DNA of 64,000 nucleotides, taken from IMG/VR virus record IMGVR_UViG_3300028837_003833, positions 49,910-113,909 of that record; one strand, written 5' to 3'. The stretch is from a virus. Under the pieces are notes generated by a model. It ran no database searches, was not told the DNA's origin, and saw only the letters and a list, made by a program, of their open reading frames with translations. This document shows positions 50,030 to 59,501 of the stretch, piece by piece. Position 1 is the stretch's first letter. Each line of letters opens with the position of its first letter. Both the position numbers and the translations under genes were made by a program.

Positions 50030-52399
50030 ATGATATGGATAATAAATAATAAACTTAAGTTTTATAAAATGAACAAAAAAAGTAAGAGAACAAGATCTGA
50101 TAGTTGGACTCCTCAAGAAGATAACCTTCTTAAAAAAAGTTATCCTTATGATACAAAAGAATTAATAATAGAAAAGTTTTCCAGATCATGGAGAAGTATC
50201 AGAAATAGAGCTAAAATATTAGAATTAGTACGAGATAAAGATATTGTATTAAAAGAAAGAATAGAAAATGGTAAAAAAGCCCCACCCCCTATACCTTCAT
50301 GGACTATTCAAGAAGATGAATTATTAAAAAAATTGTACATCAACATACCTAAAAAAGATATCATAACAAAAATAAATCGATCTTGGCAATCTATACGACA
50401 TAGAGCATTATTTCTTAAGATTAAAAGAGATCCAGAAATCATTAAAAAGGATAATATTGAAGGTACTAAAAATGCAATGATTAAAAAATATGGGGTAGAA
50501 TACTCTACACTACTACTTTCTATGAAAGAAAAAAGTAAACAGACTAATATTAGAAAAAGAGGAGTAGAATTCCCAACTCAATCAAAAGAAGTAAAGGAAA
50601 AAATAAAAGAAACAGTACAAAAAAGGTTTGGAGTAGATAATATCTTCCAATCTCAAGAAATAAAATTAAAAATAGAAGAAACAAACATAAAAAAATATGG
50701 AGTAAAGAATCCAAATAACAATGCTGAAATAAGAAAAAAGACAAAAGAAACAAACATAAAAAAATATGGGGTATCAAACACCTTTCAATTAAAAGATAGA
50801 GTCAAAGATGGAATGATAAAAAAATATGGAGAGGCTGTTCCCTTGAAAGTTCAGGAAATATCAGAAAAAAAGAAAAAAACAAGTTTGGAAAGATATGGAT
50901 TTGAATATGCTATTCAAAATGAGCAGGTAAAAGAAAAGTTAAAAGAAGTCCTTAATACTAAGGAAGTAAAAGAAAAGAGAAATATTACACTAAGAAAAAA
51001 AGGAAAGTTTCATTTTTCTAATGAAGAACTTAAATTTTTAGAATATTTACTAGTTATAGATCCTAATATAAAATGGCACCAAATGCACCCAGATACAAAA
51101 GATATTATGGATTTTTATTCTCCACGATATGATTTATGGATACAATATGATGGAATTTATTGGCATGGAAAATACAATGTTAAAGATTCAGAATTTCAAT
51201 CAAAAGGTATAAACAGAGTTATTGCTAAAGATAAGCAACAAAATGATCTTATCCCTAATTTAATAAGATTCTGGTCTGATGACATTTCAAAAGCAATTTC
51301 AACTAACACCATATTAAATTTAATTAATAGTAAAATATCAGAAAAAATAGAAAACAAAAATTCAATTGTCTCCTGTCATCAGTATAAAAAAAAGATTGAG
51401 TACTATACTGAAGATATAAAGTTATTACCCTTTAATCCTGATAATATTAAAGCCTCTGACTTCACACTATCTAAAGAAAATATCACCATAGAAATTAAGG
51501 ATTTTATAAAAAAGTACGAATGGCTTGGAAATATCGGAGTAAATCCTAAATGGGGATTTACTGCAAGATATAAAGGTATTTTAGGGGGAGTTGTTCTTAT
51601 AAATGAACCTACGGCATACTCTACAATATTAGGTAAAGATACTCCTATATATGAGGCTCTTATTCAAAGAGGTGCCACAGCATCTTGGACACCTAAAAAT
51701 TTAGGAAGTAGATTAATAAGTTTTTCATGTAAATGGATGGTTAACAATACAAATAAAAGAGCTTTTATAGGCTATTCTGACCCTTTAGCAAATGAAAGAG
51801 GAATAATTTATCAAGCATGTAATTTTGATTATCTTGGTGATAAATTTGGAGTTAAATATTTATATGAACACCCAAAAATAAATAAGATATTTTCTATACA
51901 CTCTTTAAAAAGAACATATTTTTTTAAAAAATGGTGCAAAGAAAATGACATTAATCTTGAAAAAAATTGGTTTAATGAAAAGGGCTTTAAAAACCTTAAC
52001 AACATTCCAGAAAAAATAAAAGAAGAATGGTATAGTTGGATAAAGAATATAATATCTGAATCTAAAAGAATAGCAACCGATCTAAAAAGAAAATATGTAT
52101 TAGTTTTATCTATAAACAAAAAAGAACAAAAAACTCTAAATAATTTAAAAACCTACAAAAAGTTACCCTACGAAAAAAGTTATGGTACTATAAAGGCATT
52201 ACGTATAGAAAAACCTAATATAAATAATCATGGAAAAACTGCAGACAGAAAAAATATAAAAAAAATAGAATTTATTATTAATAATCATCATAACATGTCA
52301 AGATCAGAATTAGCCTCAAATTTAGGTGAAACCCTAAGATGGGTAAAAAGGCAAATAAAGTTACTTATAAAAGAAGGTAAAATAATTGCTAAAAGATAA
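50030..52399 (+). CDS. Multi-domain protein: Myb/SANT-like repeats, KYGV repeats, PD-(D/E)xK-like nuclease, Mom-like GNAT domain (789 aa)
   Basis: WTPQEDNLLKK and WTIQEDELLKK; seven K/RxG(V/E/F) repeats; DFYSPRYDLWIQYDGIYWH; IGYSDPLANERGIIYQACNFDYLG. Opposite strand to its neighbours. Confidence 0.7.
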   Translation: MIWIINNKLKFYKMNKKSKRTRSDSWTPQEDNLLKKSYPYDTKELIIEKFSRSWRSIRNRAKILELVRDKDIVLKERIENGKKAPPPIPSWTIQEDELLKKLYINIPKKDIITKINRSWQSIRHRALFLKIKRDPEIIKKDNIEGTKNAMIKKYGVEYSTLLLSMKEKSKQTNIRKRGVEFPTQSKEVKEKIKETVQKRFGVDNIFQSQEIKLKIEETNIKKYGVKNPNNNAEIRKKTKETNIKKYGVSNTFQLKDRVKDGMIKKYGEAVPLKVQEISEKKKKTSLERYGFEYAIQNEQVKEKLKEVLNTKEVKEKRNITLRKKGKFHFSNEELKFLEYLLVIDPNIKWHQMHPDTKDIMDFYSPRYDLWIQYDGIYWHGKYNVKDSEFQSKGINRVIAKDKQQNDLIPNLIRFWSDDISKAISTNTILNLINSKISEKIENKNSIVSCHQYKKKIEYYTEDIKLLPFNPDNIKASDFTLSKENITIEIKDFIKKYEWLGNIGVNPKWGFTARYKGILGGVVLINEPTAYSTILGKDTPIYEALIQRGATASWTPKNLGSRLISFSCKWMVNNTNKRAFIGYSDPLANERGIIYQACNFDYLGDKFGVKYLYEHPKINKIFSIHSLKRTYFFKKWCKENDINLEKNWFNEKGFKNLNNIPEKIKEEWYSWIKNIISESKRIATDLKRKYVLVLSINKKEQKTLNNLKTYKKLPYEKSYGTIKALRIEKPNINNHGKTADRKNIKKIEFIINNHHNMSRSELASNLGETLRWVKRQIKLLIKEGKIIAKR

Positions 52400-52400
52400 C

Positions 52401-53297
52401 TTAAGACCAACCTCCCCTAGCACCAGAAACATAGTTTTTACGACTCTGAACGCCTGGACTTGAATAGGGCCCAAGGGCACTTGAAATACCTATCCCATAA
52501 CGAGGTTGCTTAAGTCCGACTGCAATTTTTATTGATCTCTTAGCAAGCTCAAGTATCTTATCATACTGTGCTTCAAAAGCATCCATCATAGATTGGTATT
52601 TAGAAGATTTCTCCAAGTTAAGTGATACTCCACTAATACTATAATCATATTCGTCAACTATCCAATTAAGTGCCAAAGCACTACAAGCTAATGAAGCAGC
52701 TTTCATAATAACTACCGATCGCCACCGTTCCGGAGTCATAGGTAATGTAATCCCCGTTACTGGTGGGGCAGTATTAAAAAAATCGATAGCCATAAGAAGA
52801 TATTCATAAAGCTCATAATCTTCCCAGACATAACCAAAAACTTGAGCTTGTGCTTGTAAAAATTTTTCATGAGATGGTGGACGAAATCTATAATTTCTAT
52901 CGGGATTATTATCTCTTAAGATAATTCTAAGTCTTCTTATCATAAGTTGTTCAGAACTGACATCTGTAATATCCGTTTTTACTTCTGTCGCAACTATATT
53001 AAATTCTTGAACAACCTGCACCATAGGAGAACCTAAAGTTTCCATAAAATTCCACCGAACAAGCCAATCCCCTATATTACTATCTAAGGGCATCGTAGCG
53101 TTCACATAATACTGACCCACCCCCATAGTAGCCGGGACTTGATCAGGAGCTCCTATAAGAACTTCTACGCCTGTTGTATAGTCAAATAATGAATATCTGA
53201 TGTAATACGGATCAACCAGATTACCAACATTATCCCGAATTAATATTTTTAAATCTTCTTGATTAAGAGTTTGACCAGGGTGGTATGCTACGGACAT
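52401..53297 (-). CDS. Putative head-tail adaptor with N-terminal Ig-like domain (298 aa)
   Basis: C-terminal helical region (ELYEYLLMAIDFFNTAPP...YSISGVSLNL) is typical of adaptor proteins; by-eye call only. Confidence 0.5.
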   Translation of the reverse strand: MSVAYHPGQTLNQEDLKILIRDNVGNLVDPYYIRYSLFDYTTGVEVLIGAPDQVPATMGVGQYYVNATMPLDSNIGDWLVRWNFMETLGSPMVQVVQEFNIVATEVKTDITDVSSEQLMIRRLRIILRDNNPDRNYRFRPPSHEKFLQAQAQVFGYVWEDYELYEYLLMAIDFFNTAPPVTGITLPMTPERWRSVVIMKAASLACSALALNWIVDEYDYSISGVSLNLEKSSKYQSMMDAFEAQYDKILELAKRSIKIAVGLKQPRYGIGISSALGPYSSPGVQSRKNYVSGARGGWS

Positions 53298-53298
53298 A

Positions 53299-53505
53299 TT
53301 ATATTCCTTGATCGATATTATTTAAATAACGAGTTACAACATTTCTAACTGAATCTTCTTTAAGAAATGAGAACTTTTTAAATTGTTCTTGTATGTAAGG
53401 GATAGTCTGTCCTGAAGGATCTTTTAAGAAGGTTCCATTCTCAAACCTCAAGCATGAAGCAACACGAATCATATCTCTAACAATTGGTTGTTTTTTACGA
53501 CGCAT
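53299..53505 (-). CDS. Hypothetical protein (68 aa)
   Basis: GGAG SD, motif upstream, tight spacing. Confidence 0.6.
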   Translation of the reverse strand: MRRKKQPIVRDMIRVASCLRFENGTFLKDPSGQTIPYIQEQFKKFSFLKEDSVRNVVTRYLNNIDQGI

Positions 53506-53543
53506 AAAAATGTCTCCCGATGATAGTCTTATTAGAATTTTTT

Positions 53544-53559
53544 TATTAAACGATTATTA
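53544..53559 (-). promoter_or_regulatory. Putative late promoter motif (TAATAATCGTTTAATA)
   Basis: Consensus match upstream of 53505. Confidence 0.7.
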
Positions 53560-53581
53560 TCAAGAAGACATTAAGAAAAAA

Positions 53582-54001
53582 CTACTCATACAAAACCATA
53601 ACAGCACCAATATCAAAATGACTTTCCATAGCTAATTCTGATTGAGAAATGCCGTTTGAGGATACTTCAAACTGAACAATAGTAGTTAAAATAGAAGAAG
53701 TTTCTGTAGCTTTATAATTCCACCGTAATTCATAAATACCTAATTTCCAAGTTTCACCTATAATAAAGTTAGGACGTACTATACCAGTATCTATTATGTT
53801 AGGGGATCTATCTGAAGGAGGTATAAGAACAAAATCGCCACTAGCGGTCCCTGTAACAGGAGGAACATATCCGAGGTCATATTTTATCCAGAAAGGAGTA
53901 TATGGAAATGTTTCATCAGGGTGTGCGGTATAATATCGTGCAAACAGATGCAGATTAAGATCTTCTTGTCTTAACCTATATCCTTGCTCAAAAATTTCCA
54001 T
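53582..54001 (-). CDS. Ig-like protein paralogous to the N-terminus of 52401-53297 (139 aa)
   Basis: Shared GxxLxQEDL...PxxIxYxL...GxxxxRWN pattern. Confidence 0.65.
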   Translation of the reverse strand: MEIFEQGYRLRQEDLNLHLFARYYTAHPDETFPYTPFWIKYDLGYVPPVTGTASGDFVLIPPSDRSPNIIDTGIVRPNFIIGETWKLGIYELRWNYKATETSSILTTIVQFEVSSNGISQSELAMESHFDIGAVMVLYE

Positions 54002-54036
54002 ATAGTTTCCATAAAGATGAAGAAAATTAGCACATT

Positions 54037-54498
54037 TTAATCTTCATCATCATCAATTTCTTCAATTTCAAGAACGAGTTCGATACTAAATTTAATAGTT
54101 TTAGCATCCTCGTCAATTTCAGGCATATAATCTACCTGATCTTCCCAGACATAATCATCAAAATCGGTATCAAGATCAGAAAGATCAATACCATGATAAT
54201 TTTTTTCCAGAAATTCGGATAGTGTAGGATTTATCATTTTCTTAAGATCATCATCATGATCATCAACCCAATCCTGAATCATTCTATTAAGGACTCTATA
54301 ACTATCTGGGGGTGACCCTTCATAGTCAATAGATATCTTAGCCCACACATCTATGTCCGCTGAAAATTCCTCATCATTATTATCCACAACATTTTCTTCA
54401 TCAATATCCATTCTTTCGAAACCGATAAAAGATGACTTTTTAAATTTAAAATTTTCTGAGGCTATTTTTGCCATGAACTCAACAACAGACGCTCTCAT
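54037..54498 (-). CDS. Acidic hypothetical protein (153 aa)
   Basis: Asp/Glu-rich ORF in operon context. Confidence 0.7.
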   Translation of the reverse strand: MRASVVEFMAKIASENFKFKKSSFIGFERMDIDEENVVDNNDEEFSADIDVWAKISIDYEGSPPDSYRVLNRMIQDWVDDHDDDLKKMINPTLSEFLEKNYHGIDLSDLDTDFDDYVWEDQVDYMPEIDEDAKTIKFSIELVLEIEEIDDDED

Positions 54499-54500
54499 AA

Positions 54501-54701
54501 TTAAAACCCATGATTACTGTTTGTAAAATTACTGCCATTTATCCCCGTATAACCTTGTTCCCATTTTACTGGTTGCAGGGTATCAGATCCTGTAACACCG
54601 GAAGCATTAGGTGGATCTATATCGAGATTAATATATGTATTAATATCATAGGGACCTATTGCTGGTGATATTGTCTTCATCTTTCCTTGATAGGTATCCA
54701 T
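54501..54701 (-). CDS. Hypothetical protein (66 aa)
   Basis: Operon context; GxTG motifs as in neighbouring genes. Confidence 0.55.
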   Translation of the reverse strand: MDTYQGKMKTISPAIGPYDINTYINLDIDPPNASGVTGSDTLQPVKWEQGYTGINGSNFTNSNHGF

Positions 54702-54710
54702 ACTAAGCCA

Positions 54711-54998
54711 TTATCCTTTTTTAAGTTCATTCCCGATTAAACTGGCACATAAAGATTTCAAGGACTTTACATTGTCAGCATAAGTAAGAGCATCAACGGG
54801 ACATTGCCTTAGGAAATATGCTGCTCTAAGTTTTTCCACTATATCTGAATTTTCAAAATAGAAATATACTTTTCTTTGGTCCTTGCTAGTATCCTTTATT
54901 GTACAGCCAGATGTAGCAAATAAGGCTGCTAAATAAAGATCACATGTCTTATACCCATCACGAGTATATATCAGATCTCCATGTATATTATCTTTCAT
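54711..54998 (-). CDS. DUF5659-like small protein (95 aa; likely start 54998)
   Basis: YKTCDLYLAALF...KVYFYFE...VDALTYADNVKSLKS; GAGAGGG SD before the ATG at 54998. Confidence 0.65.
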   Translation of the reverse strand: MKDNIHGDLIYTRDGYKTCDLYLAALFATSGCTIKDTSKDQRKVYFYFENSDIVEKLRAAYFLRQCPVDALTYADNVKSLKSLCASLIGNELKKG

Positions 54999-55043
54999 AT
55001 TATACCCTCTCAATTTTTTATATAATTAATATTATTTACATCT

Positions 55044-55080
55044 AAAACAGAAATTGCCGAGATTGTTGTAACCCCGGCAA
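55044..55080 (-). terminator. Rho-independent terminator
   Basis: TTGCCGGGG...TCTCGGCAA stem followed by TTTCTGTTTT. Confidence 0.65.
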
Positions 55081-55111
55081 CCTCCTTAAAACTTACAAAA
55101 CAAAAAGATGC

Positions 55112-55567
55112 TTAAGCATTACCGAAGTAATAACCTGTTTCTCCTCCTGTATAGCCACCAGCTACAAGAGCTATCGGTGCAAGACCTGTTGAATACTTAT
55201 CATTGGCAAGAATATCCATGTAAGAACCTGTAAATCTTGAATAACCTGTGTCACCAAGATCCTGACGAGGCATCTCATTAGCCAAAGTGTCTGTACCTTC
55301 AACGAGAGTCAATGGAGCACCATTATGTGTTGAGAATACTGTGCTACTTGATGCTGTTGAAAAATATTTCAAAACACCTTTAATTATGCTATAACGAACA
55401 TCATCAGTAAGTTGAAGAACTTTTGTTTCTCCCCACATAATGTATTCATCTTGTCCACCAACATAACTGCCCTCTGCAGATCCACCTAACTGGTGTCTTT
55501 TATCAATATCAGTTAGGTATATTTTACCAACATTTGTACCAAAGTACTTAACTGTTAGTGTATTCAT
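55112..55567 (-). CDS. Hypothetical, probably abundant virion protein (151 aa)
   Basis: AAGGAGG SD; own promoter motif and terminator. Confidence 0.75.
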   Translation of the reverse strand: MNTLTVKYFGTNVGKIYLTDIDKRHQLGGSAEGSYVGGQDEYIMWGETKVLQLTDDVRYSIIKGVLKYFSTASSSTVFSTHNGAPLTLVEGTDTLANEMPRQDLGDTGYSRFTGSYMDILANDKYSTGLAPIALVAGGYTGGETGYYFGNA

Positions 55568-55637
55568 AAAGCCTCCTTAAAACAATTTTTAATGTATATA
55601 AAGCCCTCATTCGAGGGATGATCATTAAATAAAGGTA

Positions 55638-55653
55638 TATTAGTAGATTATTA
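55638..55653 (-). promoter_or_regulatory. Putative late promoter motif (TAATAATCTACTAATA)
   Basis: Consensus match directly after a terminator. Confidence 0.7.
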
Positions 55654-55662
55654 TCACGAAAT

Positions 55663-55696
55663 AAAAAAGGCTATTCAATGATATGGATAGCCCCCC
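55663..55696 (-). terminator. Rho-independent terminator of the glycosyltransferase operon
   Basis: GGCTATCCA-TATCAT-TGAATAGCC followed by T6. Confidence 0.7.
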
Positions 55697-55717
55697 TGTA
55701 AAATCTTAAAATGTTAT

Positions 55718-58700
55718 TTATTTATTTATACCAAATTGTTTAACCCATTCCTCTGCAATATTCTTCCAACTATACTCCTTCATCTTATCATAAGCCTTTT
55801 TAGCCCATTCTAATCTATAAGACTCATCAGAAAGCATCTTAACTGCTTCCTCTACAAACTTAGTAGCATATGAAGGAGGAAGATCACCATTTCGGGATAA
55901 CCCCTCAGGAGAAAGTAAAATACCTGCATCCCCTACCGTAGTCTGCAGACCACCATAGTCCGTAGTTATGATTGGACATTTAGATAATCCTGCAGACACT
56001 GCGGTTATGCAATTATGCACTATGACATTATTAGCTACATAAGTATTATCATCTTTAACCTCTAAATTGTACACAGGACCCACATATCTCTCTTTTTTAT
56101 TAGACACGATAGGTAGATATGCATATTGATTATCTTGAAGAGCTGCTTGACCAGTACTCTTCTTATCTTCAATTTTATATCCTATAAATTTAAAAAGTTC
56201 AGGGTTTTGACTTAATGAACAACACAGACTATAAGCAACTAAGAATTTCTTTCCTCTTTTTATCTTTGTTACTCCTCCCTCTTTATACTTTAATACCTGA
56301 CTCTTCTTACTTGAAGATAATGAAGAAACACAATTAAACTTTAAGAGAACATCAAACAAGTCAATTACTAATTGCCTACTAGCACACTCAAGAACAGTAG
56401 TCGCCTTACTCTGATACCCATCCCCTCTTAGTATACCTGAAATAATATATTTCAATAATTCTGGTGATAGATCTTTAACCCATTGAGGTATACATTTATG
56501 TCGAGCACCATCCCCAAAGTTATTAACCATAAAACGACCCAAAATCGCCGAAGACATATTAACAGTCATACCCTCTGTATCAGGACTGAGACATACCCAA
56601 GGTTTTAACCCTAAGCGTTCTCCTATCGTACATAAAAAATCCGATACATCGACCTCCTTTTTATGTAAAGAAAACGTAAGAGTAGTTTTACCATCGTAAG
56701 ATCCTTCTGAAATAAACCAACCACAAAATTCTAAAAAATCTTCAGTAATAACAAAGTCCCTTATCTTTGTAGCACGATTTATGATAACTCTTTTGGAAGC
56801 ATGATCTTTACAAAGATGTTTTCTACTATAAGCATCAATCATACTACAGACTTTACCATCAATTAAAACATCTGAACTATAATCGGAGAAATTCCCTGGA
56901 GTATTCTCCTTCTTATTTTTTGGGTAAAGCAGATAATCTCCTTTATTTAAGGATTCTGCAGGTAACCATTCTGAATTATAAGGTTCAGATATCTTCCAAC
57001 ATTCTTTTTTAGTCCTATACTCTTTATGGTACTTAAAATTAGAATCACATTTTAGAGCTCTCTTAGTACATGGAGTTTGTTGCATTCTTACACAATGTAA
57101 TGATTCAGAATTCTTAGGTAATACCAAGATACTATGATTACTTGTTATCTTAAGGGGATCCATAAGATATTTAACATTGATATTGTTAATGTCCTCATCA
57201 ATATCTCTTACAAAAACATGCGTAACAGGTTTAATGTTTCCCGTGTGTGTTAGCACTTTTGTACCTAAATTAATAGACTCTATAGAAAGGTCTCCATTAA
57301 CAGAATTAATTTGTGTACCAGGAAGGCAGCAGAACGTTTCACTGAACCAAGTAGGATACAACCACACTTTAGATTCTTTCTCATACTCGGCTAACTGTTT
57401 CTTACTCACCCTATCAGCATATTTTACACCAGGCTGATTCATAAGTTCTTTAATCTCTGAAATAAATTTCAAAGACTCCTGATCTCCTCTTTTACGAGCC
57501 ATAGACTCCCAATTAAAAAATCCATAAGCTACCACAAGCTCAAAATCAGGAATCTCTTTTCGTATCCGAGGCATTATTTGCAATAACTGATAAAGACCTC
57601 GATCGGGACTTGAAGAATACACCGATTGATTTTTCTTTTTATACGTATCGACATCCTCATATAAACTAAAATCTTGACCATTTGCCGTAAGAAACATCTT
57701 ATCACTAATAATCCCATGGTGATTCATAATAAATCTTTTATGCCATTCAGATAAATAAGCATATTTATCTACCCGCCAAGTCATAGTATCATAGTTTTTA
57801 TCCCCTGACAACCAAATGTCATGTATCATCACAAAATTAAGAAGTGAATGAATATTCATCTTCAATGGTTCAGTAGAACGAGAAACTATGAAAAAATCTA
57901 TGACATCATATTGAATATCATTTTGAATATTCTTATAATCCCGATATATGACATCCCCGATTTTATTACCATTATCATCAAGAACAGGATCAAGAAGCAT
58001 ACCTTCTTTATCATCTATCAAGAGATCGTTATAAATTGTTGTCCTAAAACCCAATTTAACGAACTCTATAGCAAGATATGATGCCCATGTTTCTGATCCA
58101 GCCATACCCTCATCAACTTTAGCTTTGTTCCAGGGTTCCCATGCAGGACCAGTCCATATGACTACTCGTTTCTTTTCCCATTTTTTCTTCATGATCGTAT
58201 GATTCGTGACATCTTCTTTTCTATAAGATTCCAAATTCTCTAATTGATAAGCTCCCCGACTCACACCTCCAAAGTGAAAAACAAAAGAATCTATAGCTTG
58301 ACCACACGCATACCCAAATCTACTCAGTCGCATCATAAGATCGAAATCCTCACAACCATTCTTATAGATAGGATCAAACAACCCTACCTCATTAACCGCA
58401 CACCGAGCAAAAATAGTAGCATAAGCTGCTATCCATTCTTGTTTTACAAAAACATCTTTATTCTTTTTATTAGATTCCTCCATAAACTTATAAAGTTCAT
58501 CTACATGAGGTTTTATCTCATCAATTTTCATAGCAGGATGAAGATCGATATTAGATTTCTCTAAGAGCATTGGATATGAAGGTTTGTTAGGAGCACCGTG
58601 TAACCATCCACGGTCACAATTACTAAGTACACCACATGATGCCAATCTATTAACACTTTCCATTTTCTTAACGAGATTAGTCAACCAGTACTTAGAAACG

Positions 58701-59500
58701 ATAACATCTGAATTCAGGATAACAAATAATTTTGTATTAGAAGCATTAATACCCGCATTACACGTCTCTGAAAAGGACAGTCTTATCTTTGTATCCCCTA
58801 ATACAGTTATACCCTTTAAAGTGTTAAGGTACTCCCAGGTTTCCTCATTACTCCCTCCATCAGAAATAATAATATGAAATGGATAAAGAGTATTCATGAG
58901 TATTGAAGAAATACACATCTTAAGATATTCAACATTATTATAACTGGTAATAATAATATCTACTATCGATCGATTCTTTACATCTATTTTTTCTGGAGGA
59001 CTTTTAAATACAAGTTGGTCATTTATGAGATTTGTGAAAACCTCTTGATACTGTTTAGTGATTGCAGAAATACTATATCCCTCCACAGATTTCTTACCCG
59101 CTTCACCAATTTTTTTCCTTAGATTACTATCTTTAAGTTTTATAAGAGCTTTACGCCAATCTTCCTGTGTCTCACAGATAAATCCATTCTCACCATCCAC
59201 AACAATTTCTTTATAAGCTTGTAGAGGAGAACAAATAACCGGTAATCCAAGAGCCATAGCAGTAGTCGCCTTTACCGAACTCTTTGCCGGTTGAACATCT
59301 ACTCGTTGTGGACAAAGTACTACATCACACTCATTCATTACATCTGACCAATTATCCAAGGTCCAGGGGTGTGTAGCGTTATCCCATTCAGTGCATAAAA
59401 TAATCTCATAACCTGCACTCTCTATAGCATCCCGTAGCCAATCACTAATAAGCCACGAATTTCCTCCCATACCAAAAAATCCAGCTTTTAATTTATTCAT
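55718..59500 (-). CDS. Multi-domain glycosyltransferase: GT-B C-terminal half + GT2 + GT4 (intein-containing), 1260 aa, ~820 aa spliced
   Basis: AMALGLPVICS...DGENGF (GT-B C-domain); IVDIIITSYN...ILNSDV...GCEDFDL (GT2); YSSSPDRGL...LYPTWFSETF|CITA (GT4). Confidence 0.85.
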   Translation of the reverse strand: MNKLKAGFFGMGGNSWLISDWLRDAIESAGYEIILCTEWDNATHPWTLDNWSDVMNECDVVLCPQRVDVQPAKSSVKATTAMALGLPVICSPLQAYKEIVVDGENGFICETQEDWRKALIKLKDSNLRKKIGEAGKKSVEGYSISAITKQYQEVFTNLINDQLVFKSPPEKIDVKNRSIVDIIITSYNNVEYLKMCISSILMNTLYPFHIIISDGGSNEETWEYLNTLKGITVLGDTKIRLSFSETCNAGINASNTKLFVILNSDVIVSKYWLTNLVKKMESVNRLASCGVLSNCDRGWLHGAPNKPSYPMLLEKSNIDLHPAMKIDEIKPHVDELYKFMEESNKKNKDVFVKQEWIAAYATIFARCAVNEVGLFDPIYKNGCEDFDLMMRLSRFGYACGQAIDSFVFHFGGVSRGAYQLENLESYRKEDVTNHTIMKKKWEKKRVVIWTGPAWEPWNKAKVDEGMAGSETWASYLAIEFVKLGFRTTIYNDLLIDDKEGMLLDPVLDDNGNKIGDVIYRDYKNIQNDIQYDVIDFFIVSRSTEPLKMNIHSLLNFVMIHDIWLSGDKNYDTMTWRVDKYAYLSEWHKRFIMNHHGIISDKMFLTANGQDFSLYEDVDTYKKKNQSVYSSSPDRGLYQLLQIMPRIRKEIPDFELVVAYGFFNWESMARKRGDQESLKFISEIKELMNQPGVKYADRVSKKQLAEYEKESKVWLYPTWFSETFCCLPGTQINSVNGDLSIESINLGTKVLTHTGNIKPVTHVFVRDIDEDINNINVKYLMDPLKITSNHSILVLPKNSESLHCVRMQQTPCTKRALKCDSNFKYHKEYRTKKECWKISEPYNSEWLPAESLNKGDYLLYPKNKKENTPGNFSDYSSDVLIDGKVCSMIDAYSRKHLCKDHASKRVIINRATKIRDFVITEDFLEFCGWFISEGSYDGKTTLTFSLHKKEVDVSDFLCTIGERLGLKPWVCLSPDTEGMTVNMSSAILGRFMVNNFGDGARHKCIPQWVKDLSPELLKYIISGILRGDGYQSKATTVLECASRQLVIDLFDVLLKFNCVSSLSSSKKSQVLKYKEGGVTKIKRGKKFLVAYSLCCSLSQNPELFKFIGYKIEDKKSTGQAALQDNQYAYLPIVSNKKERYVGPVYNLEVKDDNTYVANNVIVHNCITAVSAGLSKCPIITTDYGGLQTTVGDAGILLSPEGLSRNGDLPPSYATKFVEEAVKMLSDESYRLEWAKKAYDKMKEYSWKNIAEEWVKQFGINK
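56012..57331 (-). mobile_element. Intein (440 aa) with LAGLIDADG homing endonuclease
   Basis: Starts CCLPGTQI and ends VIVHN, followed by Cys+1; blocks FCGWFISEGS and ISGILRGDG; removal restores ETFCITA. Confidence 0.9.
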
Positions 59501-59501
59501 G

